Part shown: piece after piece, positions 1 to 7,992 of the stretch
Position numbering within the stretch: position 1 is the first letter of the stretch
How the letters are laid out: each line of letters starts with the position of its first letter
Assembly (NCBI GenBank): GCA_020341815.1
Contig: CP070837.1
Coordinates: 216,209-280,208, forward strand
Direction of reading: 5' to 3'
DNA length: 64,000 nucleotides
From: Candidatus Omnitrophota bacterium
GTDB lineage: Bacteria > Omnitrophota > Gorgyraeia > JAFGHF01
Translations under genes and position numbers: made by a program
The notes under the pieces: generated by a model
Databases searched by the model: none
What the model was told of the DNA's origin: nothing
Seen by the model: only the letters and a program-made list of their open reading frames with translations

Positions 1-507
1 AGTGTTGCTGAGGGCACTAATGACGGTATCGTGGCCCCTCTAATTTATCTGATTTTGGGAGGGCCTGTTTTGGCAATAGCTTATAAGAGCATAAATACGC
101 TTGACTCCATGTTGGGCTATAGGAATGAGAAGTATCTTCAATTCGGCTGGTTTGCGGCAAAATTGGATGATATCGCCAACTTTATTCCCGCGCGGATTTG
201 CGGATTTTTGATTTCGGTTTCTTCCCTCATTCGCGGAAAGCCGAAGGAATCTTATAATGTTATGCTGCGCGACGGGAAAAAGCACCCTTCACCTAATAGC
301 GGCATTTCCATTGCCGCTATGGCCGGGGCTTTAGGAGTGAGGCTGGGCGGGGCCTGTTCGTATCAGGGCGAAGTTTGTAATAAGGAATATATGGGTGAAG
401 AAAAAAGGGCTATTCAGCCTTATTTTATAAATGAGGCTTTGAATATAAGTTTGGTTGTTTCTTTAATGACGATTTCACTGGGGATATTGTTGAAATGGGC
501 TATTTAG
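1..507 (+). CDS. cbiB: Adenosylcobinamide-phosphate synthase CbiB/CobD family, 5'-truncated (frame open from nt 1)
   Basis: Frame 1 is open from the window edge and translates SVAEGTNDGIVAPLIYL..FAAKLDDIANFIPARI, the conserved CbiB core, then continues as the 31..507 ORF. Next to cobD. Confidence 0.8.
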   Translation, partial: SVAEGTNDGIVAPLIYLILGGPVLAIAYKSINTLDSMLGYRNEKYLQFGWFAAKLDDIANFIPARICGFLISVSSLIRGKPKESYNVMLRDGKKHPSPNSGISIAAMAGALGVRLGGACSYQGEVCNKEYMGEEKRAIQPYFINEALNISLVVSLMTISLGILLKWAI

Positions 508-1544
508 ATTTCGCACACGGCGGAAACATTTATGAAGTGAGGAGAAAATACAAGAAAGAAATAATCGACTTCAGCGCCAATATCAACCCCTTAGGCTTAC
601 CCGAAAGAATAAAAGAAAATATCATTAATAATTTTAATAGAATTCTGCATTATCCCGATCTCCAAGCAGAGAAACTCACTGAAAAGCTCGGCAGCTATTG
701 GAAAATAGATAAGGAAAATATTCTGCTTGGTAACGGCTCTATCGAGCTTATTTATCTTATCTTTTCCGCCTTTAAGCCGAAGTCCACTTTTATACCCGTG
801 CCTACATTTTCCGAATATGAACGGGCCGCCAGAAGCGCAAATAGTAAAGTGCAATTCTTACGGCTTAAGGAGAAAGATAATTTCAATCTGCCGGAGAGAA
901 TCGATGCCGGCGGGGCGGATATCTTTTTTCTCTGTAATCCCAATAATCCCACGGGCAATCTCATCCTGCAAAAGCAAAGAGCGGATAATTTGGCTAAATT
1001 GACCGTTATCGATGAGACCTTTATGGATTTCCTGCCTGATCAGGCCGCTCACAGCTTAATCGGTGAAGCGCCGAAAAATAAAAAGATTATTGTCTTGAGG
1101 AGTTTTACCAAGTTCTTTGCCCTTCCCGGCTTAAGAATCGGCTATCTCATAGCGCATAAAGATACTGTCATGAGATTACGGAAATATCAGCTTCCCTGGA
1201 GCGTCAATACCTTTGCTCAAATGGCCGCAGAACTCGCCTTAGATAATGAGGCATATGCGCAAAAGACCAATTGCCTTATAAAAAGAGAAAGAAGCTTTCT
1301 TTTTAGAGAAATTGCAAAAATCAACAGGTTATCCCCGTATCCCTCGCGAGCCAATTTTATCTTGATTAAGATAAATGATAAAGAAATCAACTCTTCTCTA
1401 TTAAAAGAGAGATTGATTGAAAAGGGAATACTCGTAAGGGATTGCGCGAACTTTCGGGGGTTAAGCGGTAAATTTATTCGTATAGCGGTGCGCGCCCGCG
1501 GAGAAAACCAGAGGCTTATTCAGGCCTTGGGGAGGGTAATATGA
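495..1544 (+). CDS. cobD: L-threonine-O-3-phosphate decarboxylase (class I/II aminotransferase fold)
   Basis: 349 aa. N-terminal HGGNIYE motif and PLP-aminotransferase architecture typical of CobD/CobC-type Thr-P decarboxylase. 13-nt overlap with cbiB. Confidence 0.75.
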   Translation: MGYLDFAHGGNIYEVRRKYKKEIIDFSANINPLGLPERIKENIINNFNRILHYPDLQAEKLTEKLGSYWKIDKENILLGNGSIELIYLIFSAFKPKSTFIPVPTFSEYERAARSANSKVQFLRLKEKDNFNLPERIDAGGADIFFLCNPNNPTGNLILQKQRADNLAKLTVIDETFMDFLPDQAAHSLIGEAPKNKKIIVLRSFTKFFALPGLRIGYLIAHKDTVMRLRKYQLPWSVNTFAQMAAELALDNEAYAQKTNCLIKRERSFLFREIAKINRLSPYPSRANFILIKINDKEINSSLLKERLIEKGILVRDCANFRGLSGKFIRIAVRARGENQRLIQALGRVI

Positions 1545-2464
1545 GCAAAATTATTAAAGATTTGAAGAGATTGCTTTGTCAGGCAGTAGAAAGAAATCCC
1601 TATAAAAATTTACTTTTTTCGGGCGGGCTGGATACTTCGATTCTGGCAAGCTTACAGCCCAAATTGACCGGGATTACGATAAGCTTTGGAGATAAGGCCG
1701 AGGACATTCATTATTCAAGCAGCTTATCGCGCCTCTTCAAGATAGAACATTTTCACCGCAAAGTAGATATCGATGAGGCGCAAGAGGCAATTCCCGAAGT
1801 GATAAAAATTCTTAAATCTTTTGATCCGGCCATCCCCAATGATCTGGCGGTCTATTTCGGTCTTCTCAAGGCCGAAGAGCTCAAAATCCGCGAAATAGCC
1901 ACGGGTGATGCCAGTGATGAGTTATTCGGCGGATATTCATTTATGAGAGAAATAGATGATTTGGAAAGTTACATTCGAAGGATTTCTCAAAATTTAAAGT
2001 TCAATTCCAACGACCTCGGCGACTATTTCGGCATTAAAATAATCCAGCCTTTTGTCGATAAGGATGTTTTAGATTTCGCTTTAAAGATACCCAGAGAATT
2101 AAAAATAAGGCAGGGCAGGGGAAAATGGATATTGCGCAAGGCCTTTGAGGGCGTCCTGCCGTATGAGGTCGCCTGGCAGGACAAAAGGCCCCTGGAATAC
2201 GGCTCGGGATTTAATAGAATACGCGAAATTATTTCTAATAAGATATCCGATGAAGAGTTTGCCCAGAGGCCCCCTTTTATGAAGTTTATCAGTAAAGAAC
2301 ACTTCTATTATTACAAAATATATCGGCAAGTAGTGGGAGAAATCCCGAAAGTAAAGGAAGGCCAGGCGAGTTGTCCCGGCTGCGGCGCAGGAATGAAAAA
2401 GGAGAGTTTTCATTGTCAGATTTGCGGCTATGTTATAAATAACACTGAGCGCACTGAACAATAG
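1541..2464 (+). CDS. Asparagine-synthetase-like PP-loop ATP pyrophosphatase (AsnB C-terminal domain only) with C-terminal Cys4 zinc ribbon
   Basis: 307 aa. SGGLDTS PP-loop motif, no glutaminase domain. C-terminus CPGCG..CQICGY. The last 8 codons lie inside the CACTGAR repeat element. Confidence 0.6.
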   Translation: MSKIIKDLKRLLCQAVERNPYKNLLFSGGLDTSILASLQPKLTGITISFGDKAEDIHYSSSLSRLFKIEHFHRKVDIDEAQEAIPEVIKILKSFDPAIPNDLAVYFGLLKAEELKIREIATGDASDELFGGYSFMREIDDLESYIRRISQNLKFNSNDLGDYFGIKIIQPFVDKDVLDFALKIPRELKIRQGRGKWILRKAFEGVLPYEVAWQDKRPLEYGSGFNRIREIISNKISDEEFAQRPPFMKFISKEHFYYYKIYRQVVGEIPKVKEGQASCPGCGAGMKKESFHCQICGYVINNTERTEQ

Positions 2465-2530
2465 CACTGAAACCACTGAAGTTTTTATTCAGTGTTTTCA
2501 GTGTAACAATCTCAGTGACTTCAGTGATAC
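2441..2530 (+). promoter_or_regulatory. CACTGAR heptad-repeat / hairpin element, copy 1
   Basis: Four direct CACTGAR heptads with 2-6-2 nt spacers at 2443, 2452, 2465, 2474. Then three to four inverted TCAGTG copies ending CTTCAGTGATAC, directly upstream of RBS AAGGAGG. Same architecture as 7494..7549. Confidence 0.55.
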
Positions 2531-2546
2531 AAGGAGGTGATAAGAG

Positions 2547-2654
2547 ATGAAAAAAACAAAGGTCAGGAAGAAAAAAGGTATTGTCGCTTTTCGTAAAAAA
2601 TGCAAAGCCAGCGGAACAGGCCTTTCGCATTACATTCTTTTAGATAAAAAATAA
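2547..2654 (+). CDS. Small lysine-rich peptide, 35 aa (MKKTKVRKKKGIVAFRKKCKASGTGLSHYILLDKK); candidate precursor/leader peptide
   Basis: Not in the ORF track because it is shorter than 60 aa. Strong RBS AAGGAGGTGA 8 nt upstream of ATG. Sits between the AsnB-like gene and the radical SAM/SPASM gene. Confidence 0.35.
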   Translation: MKKTKVRKKKGIVAFRKKCKASGTGLSHYILLDKK

Positions 2655-2669
2655 TCGGGAAAATAGGTT

Positions 2670-4064
2670 ATGGAAAATTACGCATCATCGCGAGGGATTT
2701 ATTTCAATACAGGAGGAGGCATTCCGCTTCAACCCGTAGATATCAGACATAAAGATTATATTGGATTGGTATCGGCGGATTCTGCCTTCTGGGCATTAGT
2801 TAAGAAGCATCAGCTTGCTAAGCTCTTGGCAAATCCGTCTTTTTTGCGGAAATACCGCAATAAAGAGAGGGCTTTCCTCAAGGAAATAAATACCTTAAGA
2901 TTTGGCCTGAAGCCTTCGGCAGTTTATTTTAATCCTACCGACCGCTGTAACCTGAACTGTTCTTATTGTTATATTCCGGAACAGTTGCGTCGAGGCGGCA
3001 GGGATATGCCCTCTAAGAAATTATTTGAGGCACTTGAAATTTTAAAGGTTTATTTTGGGGCAACTTTACCTAAAGGCCAAAAGGCGCAGATTATTTTTCA
3101 TGGCGCCGAACCAATGCTTAATAAAGAAGCGATTTTTTCGGCTGTGAATACATTCGCAGGAGATTTTCACTTTGGCATTCAGACAAACGGCACGCTCATG
3201 AGCGATGAAGCAATAGAGTTTCTGACTTCAAGAAAAATAAGCATCGGGCTATCGCTCGACGGCCATATTGCAAGGGTGGCCGATCGCCTGCGCAAGAACT
3301 GGAGCGGCGAGGGCGTTTTTCAGAAAGTAGTAAAGATAATAAAGGCCCTGAGAGGATATGAAAATTTTTCGGTAATTTGCACAGTAACAGGGGAAAATAT
3401 GCTCTCGCTCGTTAAAATAGTCGAGTTCTTGCACAGGATGGAAGTGCCCGTCTGTATGCTGAATCCTGTGCGTTGCACTTTAGCGGCCGCCCGTAAAACT
3501 AAGCCTCAAGACCATCGTTTGGCAAAGAATTATCTAAAGGCACTGGATCGCACCTACGAACTTTACAAGAAAACCGGTCGACGGCTTATAGTAGCGAATT
3601 TTGCCAATGTCCTGATGGGTATTATTGCCCCCGCCGGCCGCAGGCTGATGTGCGACATCTCGCCCTGCGGCGGCGGAAGATGCTTTTTTGCGATTTCAAG
3701 CAATGGAAATTTATTCCCTTGCAGCGAATTCATTGGTCTAAGAAGATTTAAAGGCGGTAATATTTTTAGTGATGATATTAGTAGAGTTTTGCAAACGGAG
3801 CCCTTTAGGCTTGTTACAGAGAGAGATATCGAGAACATTAGGCCTTGCTCTGATTGTGCCATAAGACATTTTTGCGGTTCGCCCTGTCCCGCAGAAGCAT
3901 ATGAGATGAATGGCTCTATGCAGACACCGGGTGCCTTCTGCGAGCTTTACGAGGAACAGGTTCGTTATGCCCTGCGCTTGATTGCCGATGGCAAAGAAGA
4001 CGCATATCTCTGGAATGGATGGAATAAAGGAATCGTTACTACTTTGAAAATAACCGATATTTAG
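2670..4064 (+). CDS. Radical SAM enzyme with C-terminal SPASM domain (anSME/PqqE-like maturase family) and about 95-aa N-terminal extension
   Basis: 464 aa. CNLNCSYCY (CxxxCxxC) at residue 93. C-terminal Cys-rich SPASM region CSDC..C..C. Confidence 0.8.
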   Translation: MENYASSRGIYFNTGGGIPLQPVDIRHKDYIGLVSADSAFWALVKKHQLAKLLANPSFLRKYRNKERAFLKEINTLRFGLKPSAVYFNPTDRCNLNCSYCYIPEQLRRGGRDMPSKKLFEALEILKVYFGATLPKGQKAQIIFHGAEPMLNKEAIFSAVNTFAGDFHFGIQTNGTLMSDEAIEFLTSRKISIGLSLDGHIARVADRLRKNWSGEGVFQKVVKIIKALRGYENFSVICTVTGENMLSLVKIVEFLHRMEVPVCMLNPVRCTLAAARKTKPQDHRLAKNYLKALDRTYELYKKTGRRLIVANFANVLMGIIAPAGRRLMCDISPCGGGRCFFAISSNGNLFPCSEFIGLRRFKGGNIFSDDISRVLQTEPFRLVTERDIENIRPCSDCAIRHFCGSPCPAEAYEMNGSMQTPGAFCELYEEQVRYALRLIADGKEDAYLWNGWNKGIVTTLKITDI

Positions 4065-4076
4065 GAGTCTTGAGAA

Positions 4077-4190
4077 TGAACCCCGCTCTTCCCAACACCA
4101 CGCCTTGCATAAGAGATATGGGTGAAGGCAATAAAAGGAAGGGCTGGGGATATAACCTTGGCATTACGATGAAAGGAAGGGCGGGGTGAA
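4077..4190. repeat. MITE-like intergenic repeat, copy A (TIR GAACCCCGCYCTTCC ... GGAAGGGCGGGGTGAA)
   Basis: 114 bp, near-perfect 15-bp terminal inverted repeats. Internal TTGCATAAGAGATATGGG core shared with copies B and E. The 3' TIR supplies RBS AGGAAGG and the GTG start of the 4186 gene. Confidence 0.8.
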
Positions 4191-4854
4191 AGCATTTGTT
4201 TCCTGGAGCGGAGGAAAAGATGGTCTGCTCGCCTTCTATAAGGCAAAGCAAGATCGAGAGGTAGAGATAGTTTATCTTTTAAATATGATTTCTGAAGATG
4301 GCACCCATTCCCGCACTCACGGCATATCGGCAGCTCTTCTTCGGGCTCAGGCCGATGCTTTAGGTCTGCCTATTATCCAAAAGAAAACTGCCTGGGGAGA
4401 TTACGAGGAGGAGTTCAAAAAAACCGTCTCGGTTTTAAAAAAGGAAGGCATTCAGGCGGGAGTGTTTGGGGATATCGATCTTCAGGAGCATCGCGATTGG
4501 GTGGAGAGGGTTTGTAGTGAGACGGGTATTAAGCCCTTTTTTCCTTTATGGCAGATGGAAAGAGAAGATATTATGCGTGAGCTTATCGCTTCCGGGTTTG
4601 AGGCTACTGTTGTGGCAAGTAAGCGAGATGAGCTGGGCCCCGAGTGGCTGGGGCGAAAAATAGACGAAGCATTTATAAAAGACTTGAAGGGCTTAGGAGG
4701 AATTGACCTATGCGGAGAGGCCGGCGAATATCACAGCTTTGTAAGCGGCGGGCCCCTTTTCAATAAGAAGATAGAACTCTCAAAGACGAGAAAGGTCAAA
4801 AAAGATATAGGCTGGTTTTTGGATGTAATGGATTATGAGATTTGCGCTAAGTAG
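4186..4854 (+). CDS. Dph6/MJ0570-like PP-loop ATPase (DUF71, diphthine-ammonia-ligase-like adenine nucleotide alpha hydrolase)
   Basis: 222 aa. N-terminal SWSGGKDG PP-loop. C-terminal CGEAGEYHSF..PLFNKKI matches the CGEGGEYETF..PLFKKKI signature of the Dph6/ATPBD4 family. GTG start inside the repeat. Confidence 0.7.
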   Translation: MKAFVSWSGGKDGLLAFYKAKQDREVEIVYLLNMISEDGTHSRTHGISAALLRAQADALGLPIIQKKTAWGDYEEEFKKTVSVLKKEGIQAGVFGDIDLQEHRDWVERVCSETGIKPFFPLWQMEREDIMRELIASGFEATVVASKRDELGPEWLGRKIDEAFIKDLKGLGGIDLCGEAGEYHSFVSGGPLFNKKIELSKTRKVKKDIGWFLDVMDYEICAK

Positions 4855-5689
4855 AATTGTTATTTTATTATCTTTGTTGATACTGCCTGTTTCGGCTAAG
4901 GCGGAAACTCCCCGGAGGATAATTTCTCTGGCTCCCTCGATAACGGAAAGCTTATATTATCTGGGGGCAGAGAAAGAATTGATAGCGGTGAGCTCCTATT
5001 GCAATTATCCTGAAGGTGCCCGCCAGAAGGAAATAGTCGGTACTTTAACCAATCCCAATATCGAGAAGATATTTTCCCTTTCTCCGGACTTGGTTCTGGC
5101 GGTCGAGGGGTTAAATCGCACCCAGACCATAGAGAAATTGAAAAGTTTAGGAATAAAGATAGAGGTCTTTGATGCGGGTGACAGCTTCGATGATGTTGTA
5201 AAGAACTTTGTTCAATTGGGAAGATTGATAGGCAAGGAAGATAAGGCCGAGGAAATAGTCGAGCAGGTAAAGAAGCAGATAAAATCTATCAATAACAGGC
5301 TTAAAGGGAGATGGCGCCCGCAGGTCTTCTGGCAGGTGGGCGCCAGGCCTTTGGTCGGGGCCGGCGAGAAATCATTTGCCAATGAGTTTATCCGCTACGG
5401 GGGCGGTGAGAATATCTTTTCCGATACCGCCGCCAGATACCCCCGCCTAAGCCGCGAAGAAGTCTTAAGCAGAAATCCGGATGTAGTCATACTGGTTACA
5501 ATGGGGGACATCACAGAGAAAGAAAAGGAATACTGGCAGAAGTTCAAAGATTTATCGGCCGCTAAGGCCAGAAGGATTTACATAGTTGATGCCGATAAGG
5601 TCTGCCGGCCGACGCCGGTGAGTTTTTTAACAGGTTTAAAGCAGGTAGCGAGGGTTCTTCATCCCGAAGTTTTTGCACAGGAGCGTTAA
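4835..5689 (+). CDS. Periplasmic substrate-binding protein, class III (BtuF/FhuD-like) of a cobalamin/siderophore ABC importer
   Basis: 284 aa. Signal peptide, then ISLAPSITE..AVSSYC motif. Followed by FecCD permease and ATPase. Confidence 0.7.
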   Translation: MRFALSRIVILLSLLILPVSAKAETPRRIISLAPSITESLYYLGAEKELIAVSSYCNYPEGARQKEIVGTLTNPNIEKIFSLSPDLVLAVEGLNRTQTIEKLKSLGIKIEVFDAGDSFDDVVKNFVQLGRLIGKEDKAEEIVEQVKKQIKSINNRLKGRWRPQVFWQVGARPLVGAGEKSFANEFIRYGGGENIFSDTAARYPRLSREEVLSRNPDVVILVTMGDITEKEKEYWQKFKDLSAAKARRIYIVDADKVCRPTPVSFLTGLKQVARVLHPEVFAQER

Positions 5690-5691
5690 CT

Positions 5692-6651
5692 TTGGATAAA
5701 AAGCGTCTTCGGATATTTATTTTACTGTTTGTGATATTTGTTGTCAGTATTATTGTTTCTGCTTTTTCCGGAGCAAGCCAGCTTAAGCTTGACACGGTAG
5801 TAGGAAAAGATATCCTCTGGAAGATTCGTATTCCCCGGATTGTTCTGGGGTTGCTTGTGGGCGGGGCGCTGGCTTGTTGCGGGGCGGTGTTTCAGGGGCT
5901 CCTGCGCAATCCTTTGGCCGAGCCCTATACCCTGGGGATTTCCGGGGCAGCTGCTTTGGGAGTAACCTTAGGTGTTACTTCAGGTGCCAGCGGCATCTAT
6001 TTGCCTGTTTTTGCTTTTGCAGGGAGCGCCTTTAGTGTATTTCTGGTGTATAGCGTAGCGGCAAAAAAACGCTTTTCTAATCCCAGTTTGATACTGGGTG
6101 GGGTTATCCTGAGCTTTCTTTTTTCTTCCTTGGTCTTTTTAATCTTTTCTATTTCTAAGGCAGAGGATATCCACGGAGTAATGTTATGGCTGATGGGGGA
6201 CTTATCATCAGCTTCGGATTATTTAATAAGAATTATACCATTTTTTATTCTGCCGGGCTTGGGGTTGCTTTTCGTCTTCTCCAGTGAACTGAATATCCTT
6301 ACTCTGGGAGAGGAAAAGGCCCGACATTTGGGTGTCAATGCCGAACAGGTTAAAAAGATACTTTTTATTACTGCTTCCTTCATCACAGGGGCCTGCGTAG
6401 CTGCTTCCGGGATAATCGGTTTTGTAGGGTTGATAATTCCCCATTTTATGCGCAGGATAGTGGGCGTTGACCACCGCGCGCTTCTGCCTGTTTCTTGCAT
6501 AGCCGGGGCCGGCTTCCTTGTCCTTTGCGACAGTATAGCGCGCACCATTATCCGGCCGCTGGAGTTACCCGTAGGGGTGATAACAGGGATATTTGGGGGA
6601 GTTTTTTTCTTAAGCTTTTTGCTTAAAAGCAAACAATGGGAAATCTTTTAA
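5692..6651 (+). CDS. FecCD-family ABC permease (BtuC-like)
   Basis: 319 aa, TTG start, multi-TM. Family motifs PRI..LVG..L...GAV.Q.L.RNPLAEP. Confidence 0.8.
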   Translation: MDKKRLRIFILLFVIFVVSIIVSAFSGASQLKLDTVVGKDILWKIRIPRIVLGLLVGGALACCGAVFQGLLRNPLAEPYTLGISGAAALGVTLGVTSGASGIYLPVFAFAGSAFSVFLVYSVAAKKRFSNPSLILGGVILSFLFSSLVFLIFSISKAEDIHGVMLWLMGDLSSASDYLIRIIPFFILPGLGLLFVFSSELNILTLGEEKARHLGVNAEQVKKILFITASFITGACVAASGIIGFVGLIIPHFMRRIVGVDHRALLPVSCIAGAGFLVLCDSIARTIIRPLELPVGVITGIFGGVFFLSFLLKSKQWEIF

Positions 6652-7539
6652 ATGAATATACTGGAAGTTAAAGATTTAAGATGCGGGTATGATTGCGAGC
6701 GGGGAGCGGTGATAAAAGACATCTCTTTTTCTGTGAGGGAAGGAGAGTTCTTAGGTGTGATTGGCCCAAACGGGGCGGGAAAAACCACGCTCTTTCGGGC
6801 CGTAAGCGGGGCATTGAGGCCCTGGGAAGGAAATGTCTTTTATAAAGATAAAGAGATTTGCCGTATTGGTCCTCGTGATTTTGCCTCGCAGGTAGCGGTT
6901 ATGCCCCAGATGTTAGAGATAACTTTTTCCTTTTCGGTGGAGGAGTTTGTATTGATGGGACGCTTTCCGCACAGAACTAGATTTTCCGCTTTGCGAGAAA
7001 AAGACCTTGCGATATTGGAGGAGGTTTTAAGGCTAACCGATACCTTTTCTCTGCGCAGGCGCAAGATTCTTGAGCTCTCAGGGGGCGAGAGACAAAGAGT
7101 GCTTCTGGCCCAGGCTTTTGCCCAGGAACCGCAGCTTTTACTCCTGGATGAGCCCACCTTGCATCTGGATATTTCCCATCAGGTGCAAATTTTGGATTTG
7201 GTCAGGAGATTGAATCAAGAGAAAAGCCTGACCGTAATTATGGTCTTGCATGACTTGAATCTGGCCAGCAGTTATTGCGACCACCTGCTTTTACTTAAAG
7301 AGGGAAAGGTATTTAAGCAAGGCTCAGGGAGTGAGGTGCTTACTTATCAAAATATCGAAGAGGTCTATAAGACAGTGGTTGTGGTGAAGCAAAACCCCAT
7401 CAGCCATAAGCCGTATGTATTGTTAGTATCCGAGGAAGAACAAATGATGAGAAGGAAATTGAATAATACGGAGAGGAGGTGGGAAGAAAAAGAGACACTG
7501 AGAACACTGAGTAATAACACTGAAAGCACTGAAGAATAA
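6652..7539 (+). CDS. ABC transporter ATP-binding protein (BtuD/FecE-like) with repeat-encoded C-terminal tail
   Basis: Walker A GPNGAGKTT, signature LSGGERQR, Walker B LLLDEP. The last about 25 aa (NNTERRWEEKETLRTLSNNTESTEE) are encoded by CACTGAR copy 2. Confidence 0.8.
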   Translation: MNILEVKDLRCGYDCERGAVIKDISFSVREGEFLGVIGPNGAGKTTLFRAVSGALRPWEGNVFYKDKEICRIGPRDFASQVAVMPQMLEITFSFSVEEFVLMGRFPHRTRFSALREKDLAILEEVLRLTDTFSLRRRKILELSGGERQRVLLAQAFAQEPQLLLLDEPTLHLDISHQVQILDLVRRLNQEKSLTVIMVLHDLNLASSYCDHLLLLKEGKVFKQGSGSEVLTYQNIEEVYKTVVVVKQNPISHKPYVLLVSEEEQMMRRKLNNTERRWEEKETLRTLSNNTESTEE

Positions 7540-7549
7540 CTTCAGTGAT
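7494..7549 (+). promoter_or_regulatory. CACTGAR heptad-repeat / hairpin element, copy 2
   Basis: Four CACTGAR heptads at 7496, 7505, 7518, 7527 with the same 2-6-2 spacing as copy 1. Perfect hairpin CACTGAAG-AATAA-CTTCAGTG (7527..7547) encloses the TAA stop. RBS AAAGGAGA follows. Confidence 0.55.
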
Positions 7550-7566
7550 AAGAAAGGAGAATTCTA

Positions 7567-7983
7567 ATGCGCAGAATAGCCGGAATTATTATAGCGGTTG
7601 CCTTATGTCTTTCATCGATAGTTGCCTGGGCCGATAATGAAAACAGCAAAGGTATTATTGTAGAAATTGACTATGGAAGGCTGCGCCCATCTAGAACAAT
7701 AGAGGCCCCTTTGGCAAAAGACAGGACAATTCTTGAAGTGTTACAGAGCGTTGCTACGGTAGAAACACATCCTGTGGGCAAATATGTTATGGTTACTTCC
7801 ATTGACGGCGTCAAGGGTAAGCGCGGAGAGATGGCCTGGTATTATACGATAGATGGAAAATCAGCAGACAAAATAGCCTATTCAAAAGTCGCAGATAGCG
7901 CCAAACATATAAAATGGGTATATAAGAAGGATGTCTGCTCGCCAAAGGTGGATTGCTTAAATACAGCGAAAAAAGAAGATTGA
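7567..7983 (+). CDS. Small secreted protein (signal peptide, 138 aa), function unknown; possible corrinoid-binding accessory protein given context
   Basis: N-terminal signal peptide IIIAVALCLSSIVAWA. Lies between the btuD-like gene and the B12 riboswitch/btuB. The functional assignment is contextual inference only. Confidence 0.4.
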   Translation: MRRIAGIIIAVALCLSSIVAWADNENSKGIIVEIDYGRLRPSRTIEAPLAKDRTILEVLQSVATVETHPVGKYVMVTSIDGVKGKRGEMAWYYTIDGKSADKIAYSKVADSAKHIKWVYKKDVCSPKVDCLNTAKKED

Positions 7984-7992
7984 GTAAGTATC

